Shown piece after piece: positions 45,962 to 55,416 of a stretch of DNA of 64,000 nt; positions within the stretch are counted from its first letter, which is position 1, and every line of letters starts with the position of its first letter. The DNA is taken from IMG/VR virus record IMGVR_UViG_3300029121_000001; one strand, given 5' to 3'. The translations under genes and the position numbers were made by a program. Under the pieces are notes generated by a model. That model ran no database searches. It had not been told where the DNA came from and was given only the letters and a program-made list of their open reading frames with translations. The DNA comes from a virus.

Positions 45962-47394
45962 TATCATTGAGAACTGATCAAGAGCGTAATTTGATTTCTG
46001 TAATGTATGGAGGCACTACAGATCTCAATTCATTTAAGTGGGATCAAATGACTACAGCTCCTATTTTAAGTTTAATGACTACTCAAGATATCGATTACAT
46101 TAGAAAGCTTATCTTGTCACCTAAGTATTCCGGAGATACTAAGTATAAACTTGATAAGATTAATGATGTAATGCATTTTAGAGGATTCACTAAATTTGCA
46201 GGCGGAACTAATAGAGTCGTTTATATCCACCCAGCAGCACCAAATGCAGTATTTAAGATTGCAATTGATTCTATAGGAATTGGAGATAATCCAGCTGAAT
46301 ATAGGAATCAAGCAATTCTTAAGCCGTACTGCTGTAAGGTGTTTGAATGCTCTCCATGTGGTACAATTGCATCATTTGAGAGAGTATATCGGATTACTAC
46401 ATTTAAAGAATTTTATGAGATTGCTGATGATTACTTTTATATTTTGTCCAGAAGAATTCTGGGTAAATATATTATGGAAGATATTGGCATCAATTATTTC
46501 ATGAATGTAGGAATTCGAATTGGATGCCATCCTGTAATTCTTGACTTCCCTTACCTGTATGAGCTGGATGGAAAGAAATTACAGTGCCAGAATCAATTAG
46601 ATGATGGTACTATTTGTGGTGGCGAAATTGATTACGATGATGGATTCAATAAGCTGATCTGTAAGAAATGCGGAAGAATCTATCGTGCAAAAGATTTAAG
46701 AAAAGATCCTGATAAGTCACGCATTGTGGTTATTGGATCTGGAGAAGAGGAGTATACTGATATGCGTAACGTTATTACTGCTGGCAACCGTGTCATTCGT
46801 GTGTTCGAGGATGGTCTGTGTGTTTATAATGCTGATAAGGCAAATGGCATGTCTTATGAACAGTATATGGAGCATATGAACAATACAAACAATACTGATG
46901 AAGATGATAGCAATGACTATACTATCAACACACAGGAATCTGAACAGATCGAGCCCAAAGAGATTTCTAAGTCTGTAAAGGCTCCGGAACCGATTGAGTC
47001 TGAGCATGTTGTCGAAGCAAACTTCGATAAGGTAAGAGATATTATTCAGAGTAATTCTTCTAATCCTGAAGATACTATTGCTAAGATTCCTGATGAGATT
47101 GAACTTGCTCCTGATGAAGAAGTTCATGAAGAATCCGATGATAGTGAACCTGAGACTACTGGAGAAGAAGCTGCTTGTAAAGAATCTGAATCTGTAGTTG
47201 AGGAGAAGGAGGATGATCATCAAACCGCATCATATGAAGGGCATTATGCAGTAGCTGGTAATGATGTAGAATCTGTTATCTCGCCTTTGGTTGGTAATAC
47301 CAGCAACCCTGTAGAGTTTAGCAACTCTATGATGGAATATATGGCGCGCAAAAAGGGATCTAAGATTGATCTTAATAATATTGATCTGATGTAA
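45958..47394 (+). CDS. hypothetical protein: possible protein-kinase-like fold, a zinc ribbon and an acidic tail
   Basis: GTG start overlapping the upstream stop (GTGA). GGTNRVVY..AVFKIA...IMEDIG..N...VILDFPY. CQNQ..CGGE...CKKCG. Confidence 0.7.
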   Translation: MISLRTDQERNLISVMYGGTTDLNSFKWDQMTTAPILSLMTTQDIDYIRKLILSPKYSGDTKYKLDKINDVMHFRGFTKFAGGTNRVVYIHPAAPNAVFKIAIDSIGIGDNPAEYRNQAILKPYCCKVFECSPCGTIASFERVYRITTFKEFYEIADDYFYILSRRILGKYIMEDIGINYFMNVGIRIGCHPVILDFPYLYELDGKKLQCQNQLDDGTICGGEIDYDDGFNKLICKKCGRIYRAKDLRKDPDKSRIVVIGSGEEEYTDMRNVITAGNRVIRVFEDGLCVYNADKANGMSYEQYMEHMNNTNNTDEDDSNDYTINTQESEQIEPKEISKSVKAPEPIESEHVVEANFDKVRDIIQSNSSNPEDTIAKIPDEIELAPDEEVHEESDDSEPETTGEEAACKESESVVEEKEDDHQTASYEGHYAVAGNDVESVISPLVGNTSNPVEFSNSMMEYMARKKGSKIDLNNIDLM

Positions 47395-47409
47395 AGGAGA
47401 TGATCTTTA

Positions 47410-48117
47410 ATGATCCTCACTGGAACAATGTTTATCATTGATGAACCTCATCTTGATATTCTAAAAGCAAATCTTTCGAGAATGCCTCCACCCGGGATTC
47501 ACGGGCCCCAGCTTGCTGCAGGTACAGCATTATGTATGGATATGGATGAAACAGATAACATGCTTGAGATGTGGTTTCCTGATCATTGTCAAAAAGCAAC
47601 TCTTCTCTGTCCTCCTCCTGCAGCAATGTATAAAGAGATAGATGGAGATATGGAAGGATTCATCAAAGAGTACAATGAATATCTTGATTATGATTCTAAT
47701 GTTCAAGAATTTATTGGAAGTATGCTGATGTATCTTCACGTTGGCGGTAATGTGATGCTATATACTCCATCTCATCTTGAAGACGATTCTTTGTGGACTA
47801 ACACTCTGATTCTATTCTTCTTTACACGATATGGTATTACTGTTGGAACATCGAATACCAATCCTTATGCTTACGATCCTAGGTATGATGGTGTCATTGC
47901 GGATTCTCTATATGGTAATGGATATATCGATATAATGGAATATCTAAATCTTAGTGATCCTAATATGCAGCATAGTCTCGAGGTCTATAATAGATTGAAA
48001 TATGATCTTACTCCTATGTGTCCTGGAGAAGATCCTATGAAGTTCTATTATACAGCAAAGAATCTTATCAACACTACAGGATCTCCTGTATTCTCTCCAG
48101 CAATTGTATTCAATTAA
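47410..48117 (+). CDS. hypothetical protein
   Basis: 235-aa ORF, SD AAAGGAG. Confidence 0.75.
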   Translation: MILTGTMFIIDEPHLDILKANLSRMPPPGIHGPQLAAGTALCMDMDETDNMLEMWFPDHCQKATLLCPPPAAMYKEIDGDMEGFIKEYNEYLDYDSNVQEFIGSMLMYLHVGGNVMLYTPSHLEDDSLWTNTLILFFFTRYGITVGTSNTNPYAYDPRYDGVIADSLYGNGYIDIMEYLNLSDPNMQHSLEVYNRLKYDLTPMCPGEDPMKFYYTAKNLINTTGSPVFSPAIVFN

Positions 48118-48128
48118 GGAGTAACACA

Positions 48129-48665
48129 ATGTTGGTATTCGGACCTTTTCATGCAGGTCCGGGGGTAGACCAGGGGTTTAGGATGTTTAATTTGTCTTCT
48201 CCGACAGAATATATTCCTAAACTTCCTGGACTATTTGTATTACCTCCGGATAAGAAGCTTTATCCTTCTATTGAAGTAGCAGAACAAGCTGAGAAGGCAT
48301 TTGATACATGGTACTATAATTATGTATTAAATGATCCTCAAGCTAGTATGTCTCTTATGGCAGTTATCGATGCTTTATATGAAGGAAATAAAGTATATGT
48401 TTGCATCGGTGGTTATGATGGATTACGCGATGATTATGTCAGCATTTTGAATGAGTCTTTTATGAAGATCATTCAAACAAGATATGATATCAAGTATTCT
48501 ATCATTAATACTCGTGATGACTTAAATTATATCTCTCAAGATGGATGTGATTTTATGTCAGTTGCAGGCATTCAGCAGTTTGATCAAGATAAGAAGAGAT
48601 TGATGATGTTGAACGTAGAAAATCAGATCATCAATAACTCTCTTCCAACTAATGATGATTATTAA
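48129..48665 (+). CDS. hypothetical protein
   Basis: ATG at 48129 behind SD TAAGGAG. The listed 48018 start overlaps the previous gene. Confidence 0.7.
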   Translation: MLVFGPFHAGPGVDQGFRMFNLSSPTEYIPKLPGLFVLPPDKKLYPSIEVAEQAEKAFDTWYYNYVLNDPQASMSLMAVIDALYEGNKVYVCIGGYDGLRDDYVSILNESFMKIIQTRYDIKYSIINTRDDLNYISQDGCDFMSVAGIQQFDQDKKRLMMLNVENQIINNSLPTNDDY

Positions 48666-48677
48666 GGAGGTGAATAT

Positions 48678-48878
48678 ATGAAAATCATCAAACATGGTCA
48701 ATCAAAAGAAATATCATTTAAATGTGCTTTTTGTGCATGCGAATGGATATCTAATCCTGGAGAAACTAAACACTATATCTGTAGCATGAATGGAAAGAAA
48801 TTTGATATTTATTCTATGGAATGCCCTGAGTGTGGTAGAGATGTTTCAGAAACTATCGAAAAAGAAACTCCAGAATAA
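48678..48878 (+). CDS. small zinc-ribbon protein
   Basis: CAFCAC...CPECG. SD AAGGAGGTG. Confidence 0.7.
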   Translation: MKIIKHGQSKEISFKCAFCACEWISNPGETKHYICSMNGKKFDIYSMECPECGRDVSETIEKETPE

Positions 48879-48903
48879 TTAACCAATAAAGGGGTTGTCA
48901 AAG

Positions 48904-49716
48904 ATGCCTACAGATTTATGGAGATCTTATAATTATAAAACACCGATAAAATACTATGTGAATACTTTTATTCGTGAATACGACTTATCCAAAGCTAATA
49001 TTAATGCTCTCTATTATATGGGACGCGTAACCCAAGAAGAACGAGAATCCTACTTAGTGATGAGTAAAGAGGAAAGAGAGACAAAGATAGGCTTATGGAT
49101 CAAGAAAGATAAATCGATATACAAAGATATTCAAACTGGTATTTTTGAAGCAAAGAGGCGATTAGTATTTGCTAATAGTGTTGAGGATTATGAGGTTATT
49201 GCTGTAAAGAACGATGCAATGTTTATTGCGGGTAGGAATCTTATGCATACAGATTTTCCACCATTTAGCTTTAAAGTGAAGAATACTTACACCGTGTACT
49301 TTGGTATAGCTGATCTTGAAGTTTATTATGGTGATACTGTAGACCCTATTAGTGGATTTGTCAGTACAAATATAGATGTAAAAGGTATTAGCGATGAAAT
49401 GCTATCCTTGCATCAAAATGGTATGCTAGATTTAATCTGTAATGTCTGCTATAAGATTCAAAGAGAGGATATAAGTGAAACTATGAAATGGATGAGTCAA
49501 ATGTATGATTTATTCATTAATAGAAAGCTTCCTAAGCAGTACTATAGAAACTTCGATTCATTTTCTGGATATACTATTCATACGTATTTCAGAAGCGCTT
49601 CATTGGGTGAGATCGATGATAGCATGGTCGAGGTAGTAGATATTAATCGCAATCTATTAATTCTAAGAGACTTAATGAGTATTGTATCTGATATATACAG
49701 ATCATCTATGCACTGA
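48904..49716 (+). CDS. hypothetical protein
   Basis: ATG at 48904 behind AAAGGGG (the listed ORF starts at a TTG, 48895). Confidence 0.7.
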   Translation: MPTDLWRSYNYKTPIKYYVNTFIREYDLSKANINALYYMGRVTQEERESYLVMSKEERETKIGLWIKKDKSIYKDIQTGIFEAKRRLVFANSVEDYEVIAVKNDAMFIAGRNLMHTDFPPFSFKVKNTYTVYFGIADLEVYYGDTVDPISGFVSTNIDVKGISDEMLSLHQNGMLDLICNVCYKIQREDISETMKWMSQMYDLFINRKLPKQYYRNFDSFSGYTIHTYFRSASLGEIDDSMVEVVDINRNLLILRDLMSIVSDIYRSSMH

Positions 49717-49722
49717 CAAATG

Positions 49723-49766
49723 AATAGAGGTAGGGACTTGAATCCCTACCTCTATTATTTTTTTTT
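49723..49766 (+). terminator. rho-independent terminator
   Basis: 14-bp stem AATAGAGGTAGGGA/TCCCTACCTCTATT followed by a T9 run. Confidence 0.85.
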
Positions 49767-49811
49767 GATTGAAAAGGAGTGAATTAAAATGGTTAGAGAT
49801 GATAGAAGAAA

Positions 49812-49887
49812 TGGAGCTGGTAATAGGACTTGAACCTACAACCTGCTGATTACAAATCAGCTGCTCTGCCAATTGAGCTATACCAGC
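49812..49887 (-). tRNA. tRNA-Thr (anticodon UGU), CCA encoded
   Basis: Manual cloverleaf: acceptor GCTGGTA/TACCAGC, D stem GCTC/GAGC, anticodon stem GCTGA/TCAGC with loop TTTGTAA, T arm GTAGG-TTCAAGT-CCTAT. Confidence 0.9.
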
Positions 49888-49895
49888 ATATTAAG

Positions 49896-49966
49896 TTGCG
49901 CCAGCAGGAGTCGAACCTACGATGGGGGAGTCAAAGTCCCCTGCCTTACCGCTTGGCGATGGCGCA
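49896..49966 (-). tRNA. tRNA-Gln (anticodon UUG)
   Basis: Acceptor TGCGCCA/TGGCGCA, anticodon stem GGGGA/TCCCC with loop CTTTGAC, T arm GTAGG-TTCGACT-CCTGC. Confidence 0.85.
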
Positions 49967-50120
49967 TTAAATCTAGCGAAGTCACGGCACCCGCTTACAA
50001 GACCTACTGCTTCAGTAGCGACTACCGAAGAGCTGGGAATAATAGGCGAAACAGAAAGGAATGCAGTACATCTCTGGTAAGATGCGAAGCGAAAGCAACA
50101 AGTTTGATGAAACGTAGTCG
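49967..50120 (-). ncRNA. candidate small structured RNA between tRNA genes (not a canonical tRNA)
   Basis: 154-nt spacer, relatively GC-rich. Long-range pairing CGACTAC(50120-50114)/GTAGTCG. Local hairpins CATCT-6-AGATG and CTACT-5-AGTAG. No credible ORF. Confidence 0.35.
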
Positions 50121-50196
50121 TGGAGCAGCTGACGAGTCTCGAACTCGCAACAACCTGCTTGGAAGGCAGGTGCTCTACCAATTGAACTACAGCTGC
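50121..50196 (-). tRNA. tRNA-Gly (anticodon UCC), CCA encoded
   Basis: Acceptor GCAGCTG/CAGCTGC, anticodon stem CCTGC/GCAGG with loop CTTCCAA, T arm GCGAG-TTCGAGA-CTCGT. Confidence 0.9.
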
Positions 50197-50201
50197 ATAG
50201 A

Positions 50202-50293
50202 ATATCTGATTAGCAAGAATTTCTTATCATGTCGTGAGGTTGAAAGAAAAACAAAGATGTGCGAGTCTTTTATGTAACCTACTAATCAGATAT
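50202..50293. repeat. 12-bp perfect inverted repeat (ATATCTGATTAG / CTAATCAGATAT) enclosing 68 nt, upstream of the tRNA cluster
   Basis: Read directly from the sequence. Confidence 0.85.
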
Positions 50294-50357
50294 ATCGAAA
50301 AGATCCACTTTGCTCAATAAATCTTTCCGAGTAATAAATTGTTATATGAATAAAATA

Positions 50358-50855
50358 TTAATTTAAATTAAAAGCATTAATATTTTTTAATGCTTCTCCT
50401 TGTTCCTTAGGAGTATTTTGATCTATAGAATAATTCAATACTGCAAATTTTGCTTTAGATTTAATAGATTCAATCATATGCTCATCTGTATCCATCGGAT
50501 ATCCAACAGATAGAATGTTCTTTTGTATAGGAGTCATTTCTATAATAATACCACTTATAATATATTGAACGCATGAGATCATATTATCTTGTGACATATA
50601 ATTTTCTGTCTCAGGATTCAAATTATAAATCTGCCATTCAGCAAGTTTTTGATTTACCAAATACTCCATTGTTTCTCTAGATTCTTTAATTGAGTATTTG
50701 CTCTGCAGTGTAAATTTGTCCGATTCCTGACGGATTTCTGAGATCCTGAGAAGGGTTTTCGACAAGCGTGTTAAACTCGAATTTAGCATTATTAGTGCTC
50801 CCATTACCGTAATTAGTAATGCTACCACAATAGTTATTATAATAACTGTATTCAT
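50358..50855 (-). CDS. hypothetical membrane-anchored protein
   Basis: ATG at 50855 behind SD GGGGAGA. N-terminal TM helix MNTVIIITIVVALLITVMGALIML. Overlaps the 3' end of the upstream gene by about 170 nt. Confidence 0.6.
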   Translation of the reverse strand: MNTVIIITIVVALLITVMGALIMLNSSLTRLSKTLLRISEIRQESDKFTLQSKYSIKESRETMEYLVNQKLAEWQIYNLNPETENYMSQDNMISCVQYIISGIIIEMTPIQKNILSVGYPMDTDEHMIESIKSKAKFAVLNYSIDQNTPKEQGEALKNINAFNLN

Positions 50856-51552
50856 TATATTCTCCCCAATTCTTAATATCATCAGATAATTTAAAAAATT
50901 CAACAGAATTTAATTCATTATTTCTCTGACAATTCTGTATATATTTTATTACTTTGTATGCTATATCAAGTGTAATTCCATATCTATATTTGATTAATAG
51001 ATCCCACCATTTACCAAATGTCATAGACAATGGAATATAGAAATCAGGAGTATCATGATAAAGCTGATGCACAGTTTCAGATAGCATTACAATAGGAATA
51101 TTATTATTTCTATGCTCTTGCATAAGAAGAGATATAATATCAAATGTAGTGCATCTGCCAACTGTATTTAATATATGCTGAGAAATTAGAATAGTAATAT
51201 CGTAGATTGTAAGAAAGTTATGATGCATTTCTATATTTGCCATTCCATCTTGTATATTACCAATAACTTGGCATCTATCAAGTCCCATACTCATTAAGTA
51301 TGATTTATAAGATTTATATGTTCTTGACTTTCTAAATCTATGAATGCAATTATCAATAAAATTCTTATATTTATCAATATCAGCAAGTGTATCTCTTGTC
51401 TGATAAAACATTAAAGGATATTCACATCTTGGAAAATATATAGTAGGAATAGGATCCTGTGTATTAATATATTCTTGAGCTAAATATATATTTATATTGC
51501 TACTATCAGCTATTTTGGTATCATTATCATATGGAATAATATCTGCACTCAT
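50686..51552 (-). CDS. hypothetical protein, HH-motif family (paralogue of 25873..26700)
   Basis: 288-aa ORF, SD TAGGAGGT. Collinear similarity to 25873..26700, including the IE(I/M)HH and H(E/Q)L(V/Y)H motifs. Confidence 0.75.
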   Translation of the reverse strand: MSADIIPYDNDTKIADSSNINIYLAQEYINTQDPIPTIYFPRCEYPLMFYQTRDTLADIDKYKNFIDNCIHRFRKSRTYKSYKSYLMSMGLDRCQVIGNIQDGMANIEMHHNFLTIYDITILISQHILNTVGRCTTFDIISLLMQEHRNNNIPIVMLSETVHQLYHDTPDFYIPLSMTFGKWWDLLIKYRYGITLDIAYKVIKYIQNCQRNNELNSVEFFKLSDDIKNWGEYNEYSYYNNYCGSITNYGNGSTNNAKFEFNTLVENPSQDLRNPSGIGQIYTAEQILN

Positions 51553-51639
51553 AATAAAATACCTCCTAAATTACTAAAATGTGGAGGATGAGATAGTTGA
51601 CATATATGTAATTATTAATGACGATTGGAGGATATGAGC

Positions 51640-54600
51640 ATGGAAAAAGTATCCTTGTCCAACAAAGTATTTTCAGAAAATCCTTTGTTGGATGAAATTG
51701 TCTATAATGCCAGACAAATTGCAACTGGTGTTATAGTAAAAGATTCAGATTTAGCAGATAAATGTGAAACAAAAGAATCTCTAATAAATGGAGATATTCT
51801 AGTAGCAATTGGTAATAATACTATTGCTTTTAGTAATTTTTATTACGATGAAGATACTCTAGGCAAATTCTATCCAAAAGCTCAAGCAAAAGCATATGCT
51901 AAAGATAATGATCTTATTCCAAAAAGAGATAGAGATGCACTTCTAAAAATGGCTATTGAAATCTTCAATGAAACATATGAAGAAAAGAATAACTATTATA
52001 GAATGCTTCATGGTCAACCTGCTTATGATGAAACAGGTGTTTGGAAAGGATTATGGATTGATACAAAATATATTGATCCTATGCGACCTACAAATATTTC
52101 TCATGTATCCCCTTATTATAAAGAAGATATCGAATATGATGAAAATGGAGACCAAGTTGTGGTCTCCGATTATGTTCCTATTAGTGAACTTAGTATATCC
52201 AATAAGAATCTTATTTATGAGAATGGAACATGTGAAAATATTTATGAAGATACTAATACACTAGCATCTTGGAATCTTACTAAGCATGATGTTCAATATA
52301 TCATGTATATTGGTGATAGAGAAGTAGATTATTATAATGCTAGAGTAGCAGAGAAATTTGCTCTTCTTTATTGTCCTAAATCTGATGCTGAAGAAGTGCA
52401 GACTAGATTTAAAGATTTATTTGAAGCAAACAGAATGTATCTTCTCTATACAATGTATCAGGAAGCTTATAAATATAGATCTGATTATTATGACAATTTT
52501 ATGATGATCTTTCTTGTTATTCAGACTATCATTGATCTGATCGTTGAACTTCCTGAATATATTATTAGACGAGATATATTTGATACTCGTACTTGTAAAT
52601 ATATTTTTGAATCTAATGGTGTTAAATATTTTAAGGATATTCCATTGAAATATCAGGTTTCTCTAGTTAAAAATCTAAATAAACTTATTAAATTTAAATC
52701 TACTGATAAATGTATAATAGATATTATTTCTATCTTTGGTATCGAAGACATTGAAGTCTTTAGATATTATATTATGAAAGATAGAAATTTGAATTCAAAA
52801 GATAATTTGGATTATTTTGATGAGAAGAAATCTAAAACAGATTCAATGGGTAATACATCAATTGTAGATGATAATGATACGAATTATGACTTAAAGTTTA
52901 TCAAAGTTCCATTGCTAGATAACTATGATAATTATATCAGAAAAGATTCTAGTGTAGAAACTTATGATTCTGTAACAGATTCTGATGCATACTGGATTGG
53001 TGATAAGCAATATAAAGAAATTAAGAAGGATATTAAAGATCTTGATTTTACTGTATTAAGATCTAAATACTATTCTATCGAAGCTGTTATAGATTTAGCA
53101 AAGCATAATTTTACAATATCTTACTTCATGAATATCTTGATGTATAATGATATTGATAAGTCTGCTTTGAAAGTGAATATACCTACTATCTCTACAACAA
53201 AGAAATTTGAATTAGTAGATATTATTATTGCTCTATATGCTTTAAGCTATATTTATTATGGGGTAGAAGATACTATTATTGATACAAGAGCTAAGTGTGC
53301 ACAGATTCTTGGATTCAATATGGAAGCAGATCTATCTAAGATAGCTAACTGGCTAGAGGAAAATCATAAAGGGCTGACTCTAAAGGATCTTCATATTGAT
53401 ACATATAAAGTTCCTGACGATCATTCTATTATGACTTTTAAAGAACTAGAAGATATCTATTTTACAAATAAAGATATTTATAAACATATTACAGAAGTAA
53501 TGAGAAATCCTCCTTCTAAGGAAATCTATGATGCATATAGATATCTTTATAAATCTCTATTGACTACAAATCTCAATATGGAGTATTTCTTAATTGGAGA
53601 GAATAATATTGTAGATCAATATAAGAGTAATGGGTATCATGGTAAATTCATTGTACTTCCTGAGAAAAACAAATATCATAATCCAGATGATTTTACTCGT
53701 GACTGGAAATGGCTAGTTGAATCTATAGAAGATAAAGATCTATGCTTTGTAGTTCCTAATACATTTTCTGAAGATCATAATCTTGATGTATATATCAAAA
53801 AGAATAATGATCTAGAAAAAGTCGGAACAGCAAAAATGGCTTATACATATAGAGAATATCTAGCACATAAAGATGGATCTATATATGCTTTCTTGACCGC
53901 AATTGCTAATATGAATAGTACTGATACTAGACAAGAAGCTTGTGTCAATGCTATACAAGCAATTGTATCTTATCTAAAAGACTATATAGATGAGAAAGAT
54001 GATCTTAAACTAGATACTGTATTCTCTGGACTACCTTCTATTTCTATTGATTTTATTAAGCGATATATAACAGAGGTTATTGACTTCTTTAAGTCTTTTA
54101 AGATCTTTACACATGATTCATCTATTATCTATACAATAGATGATAATTTTGAAAATTATGTTCAGATTATTGATCATATTCTTCTTAAGTATCTATTCGA
54201 TAAGAGTGAGATTATTAAGATAGAAGATGCTATTAATAATATTACATCTAAACTATCTCCTAAAGAGAAGTGTAGATTGATCGATAAAGTATGGTTTGAT
54301 ATTACTACTTGGCTTACCAAGAATTATAATGAGTATTATAATTCCGATAATTATAAGCAGACAGAAAAGATTATTAGAGATTATGTAGATAGATATTCTA
54401 CTCTAGTATTAAATTCTGAAGAATTTGTTGATCATTATATTGAAGAGATTGATGATTATGCTGTAGATGCTATTGTGCATATGATAGTTGATCTTGTATA
54501 TAATGAGCATGTAAATATTCTAGAATCTATTTCTACTGCTTATTCTGAAGACTTTGATGACTATTATAATGATTGGCTAGTTGATCTTGCTATTTTACTA

Positions 54601-54801
54601 GTAGATGTCAAGTATGAGAGTAGAATGAGATATCAAGATGACTATATAAGATCCGATACTTATGATTTCTATTCTGTATTAAATACGCATGATAAGAGAC
54701 AAAGTATTAAAGGATCTATAAGTAGAAAAGAAAAGTATAATCTACTTGATACGTATTATTCTATTAGCACTCAAGAATTTCCTGCTCATCAATTTGATTA
54801 A
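51640..54801 (+). CDS. large hypothetical protein (about 1050 aa; possible virion component)
   Basis: Long ORF. The ATG at 51640 lies 7 nt after GGAGGA. Confidence 0.8.
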   Translation: MEKVSLSNKVFSENPLLDEIVYNARQIATGVIVKDSDLADKCETKESLINGDILVAIGNNTIAFSNFYYDEDTLGKFYPKAQAKAYAKDNDLIPKRDRDALLKMAIEIFNETYEEKNNYYRMLHGQPAYDETGVWKGLWIDTKYIDPMRPTNISHVSPYYKEDIEYDENGDQVVVSDYVPISELSISNKNLIYENGTCENIYEDTNTLASWNLTKHDVQYIMYIGDREVDYYNARVAEKFALLYCPKSDAEEVQTRFKDLFEANRMYLLYTMYQEAYKYRSDYYDNFMMIFLVIQTIIDLIVELPEYIIRRDIFDTRTCKYIFESNGVKYFKDIPLKYQVSLVKNLNKLIKFKSTDKCIIDIISIFGIEDIEVFRYYIMKDRNLNSKDNLDYFDEKKSKTDSMGNTSIVDDNDTNYDLKFIKVPLLDNYDNYIRKDSSVETYDSVTDSDAYWIGDKQYKEIKKDIKDLDFTVLRSKYYSIEAVIDLAKHNFTISYFMNILMYNDIDKSALKVNIPTISTTKKFELVDIIIALYALSYIYYGVEDTIIDTRAKCAQILGFNMEADLSKIANWLEENHKGLTLKDLHIDTYKVPDDHSIMTFKELEDIYFTNKDIYKHITEVMRNPPSKEIYDAYRYLYKSLLTTNLNMEYFLIGENNIVDQYKSNGYHGKFIVLPEKNKYHNPDDFTRDWKWLVESIEDKDLCFVVPNTFSEDHNLDVYIKKNNDLEKVGTAKMAYTYREYLAHKDGSIYAFLTAIANMNSTDTRQEACVNAIQAIVSYLKDYIDEKDDLKLDTVFSGLPSISIDFIKRYITEVIDFFKSFKIFTHDSSIIYTIDDNFENYVQIIDHILLKYLFDKSEIIKIEDAINNITSKLSPKEKCRLIDKVWFDITTWLTKNYNEYYNSDNYKQTEKIIRDYVDRYSTLVLNSEEFVDHYIEEIDDYAVDAIVHMIVDLVYNEHVNILESISTAYSEDFDDYYNDWLVDLAILLVDVKYESRMRYQDDYIRSDTYDFYSVLNTHDKRQSIKGSISRKEKYNLLDTYYSISTQEFPAHQFD

Positions 54802-54818
54802 TAAGGAGAATTTTTATC

Positions 54819-55355
54819 ATGGCCATTTTTACTGAATCATATTGTCAAAATGTCCTTGAAGGATTTATGGATAGCTATAAAGAAAATAAAAAGAAAAAGG
54901 AAGAAGAAAAGAGAAAGAAAGAAGAGGAATATCAAGCACGCAAGAAAAAGATAGAAGCTAATAATAAAAAGAAGTTTAACTTCCAGGGCATTTCTCTTTC
55001 ATGTTATGATACTGAAGATCCTGAACGACTGATTAATCTTGCAAATAAGAATATATCAGATATTAAGGATAATGCTGCTGAAGTTATGTGGAATGATATA
55101 GACAATGAATATGATTATGGTGAATATTCAGAGCCTGCTAAACTTGATCAATTCTTCAAACAATATCCTAAATATACAGATCTTAGCTCTCAAATGATCG
55201 TAACAGATGGACAGATTTGTGATGATGGACTTGATCTTACATTTAAAATGAAATGTAAAGATCCGACTTGTCCTAAAGGACGAGAAGTATATCTGACAGT
55301 ATCTTTCGATTCTAATGATAATGCAGAATATAGCGGTATAGATGTATCTCATTAA
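54819..55355 (+). CDS. hypothetical protein with an MAIFT leader and a K/E-rich segment
   Basis: SD TAAGGAGAA. N-terminus MAIFTESYCQNVLEG resembles those of the three genes at 22395-24501. Confidence 0.75.
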   Translation: MAIFTESYCQNVLEGFMDSYKENKKKKEEEKRKKEEEYQARKKKIEANNKKKFNFQGISLSCYDTEDPERLINLANKNISDIKDNAAEVMWNDIDNEYDYGEYSEPAKLDQFFKQYPKYTDLSSQMIVTDGQICDDGLDLTFKMKCKDPTCPKGREVYLTVSFDSNDNAEYSGIDVSH

Positions 55356-55416
55356 TTGCTATATATTTATATACCGGAACATTCAAATAATTAACTAAAA
55401 TGGAGGTTTTAGAAAC

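Noticed and set aside
49789-49833. 14-codon ORF (MVRDDRRNGAGNRT) behind a good AAAGGAGTG SD on the plus strand.
   Set aside because: It is too short to support. It lies after a strong terminator and is antisense to the 3' end of tRNA-Thr, so the SD-like run is probably fortuitous.
49812-50196. The tRNA cluster as a prophage integration site (attachment region).
   Set aside because: No integrase, excisionase or flanking bacterial genes are present. The tRNAs are embedded in phage operons and decode A/U-ending codons that suit the phage's own codon usage.
49873-50277. ORFs 49873..50277 (+) and 49891..50181 (-) spanning the tRNA region.
   Set aside because: They run straight through three well-formed tRNA genes and the spacer. 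They have no SD, and their composition is dictated by the tRNA stems.
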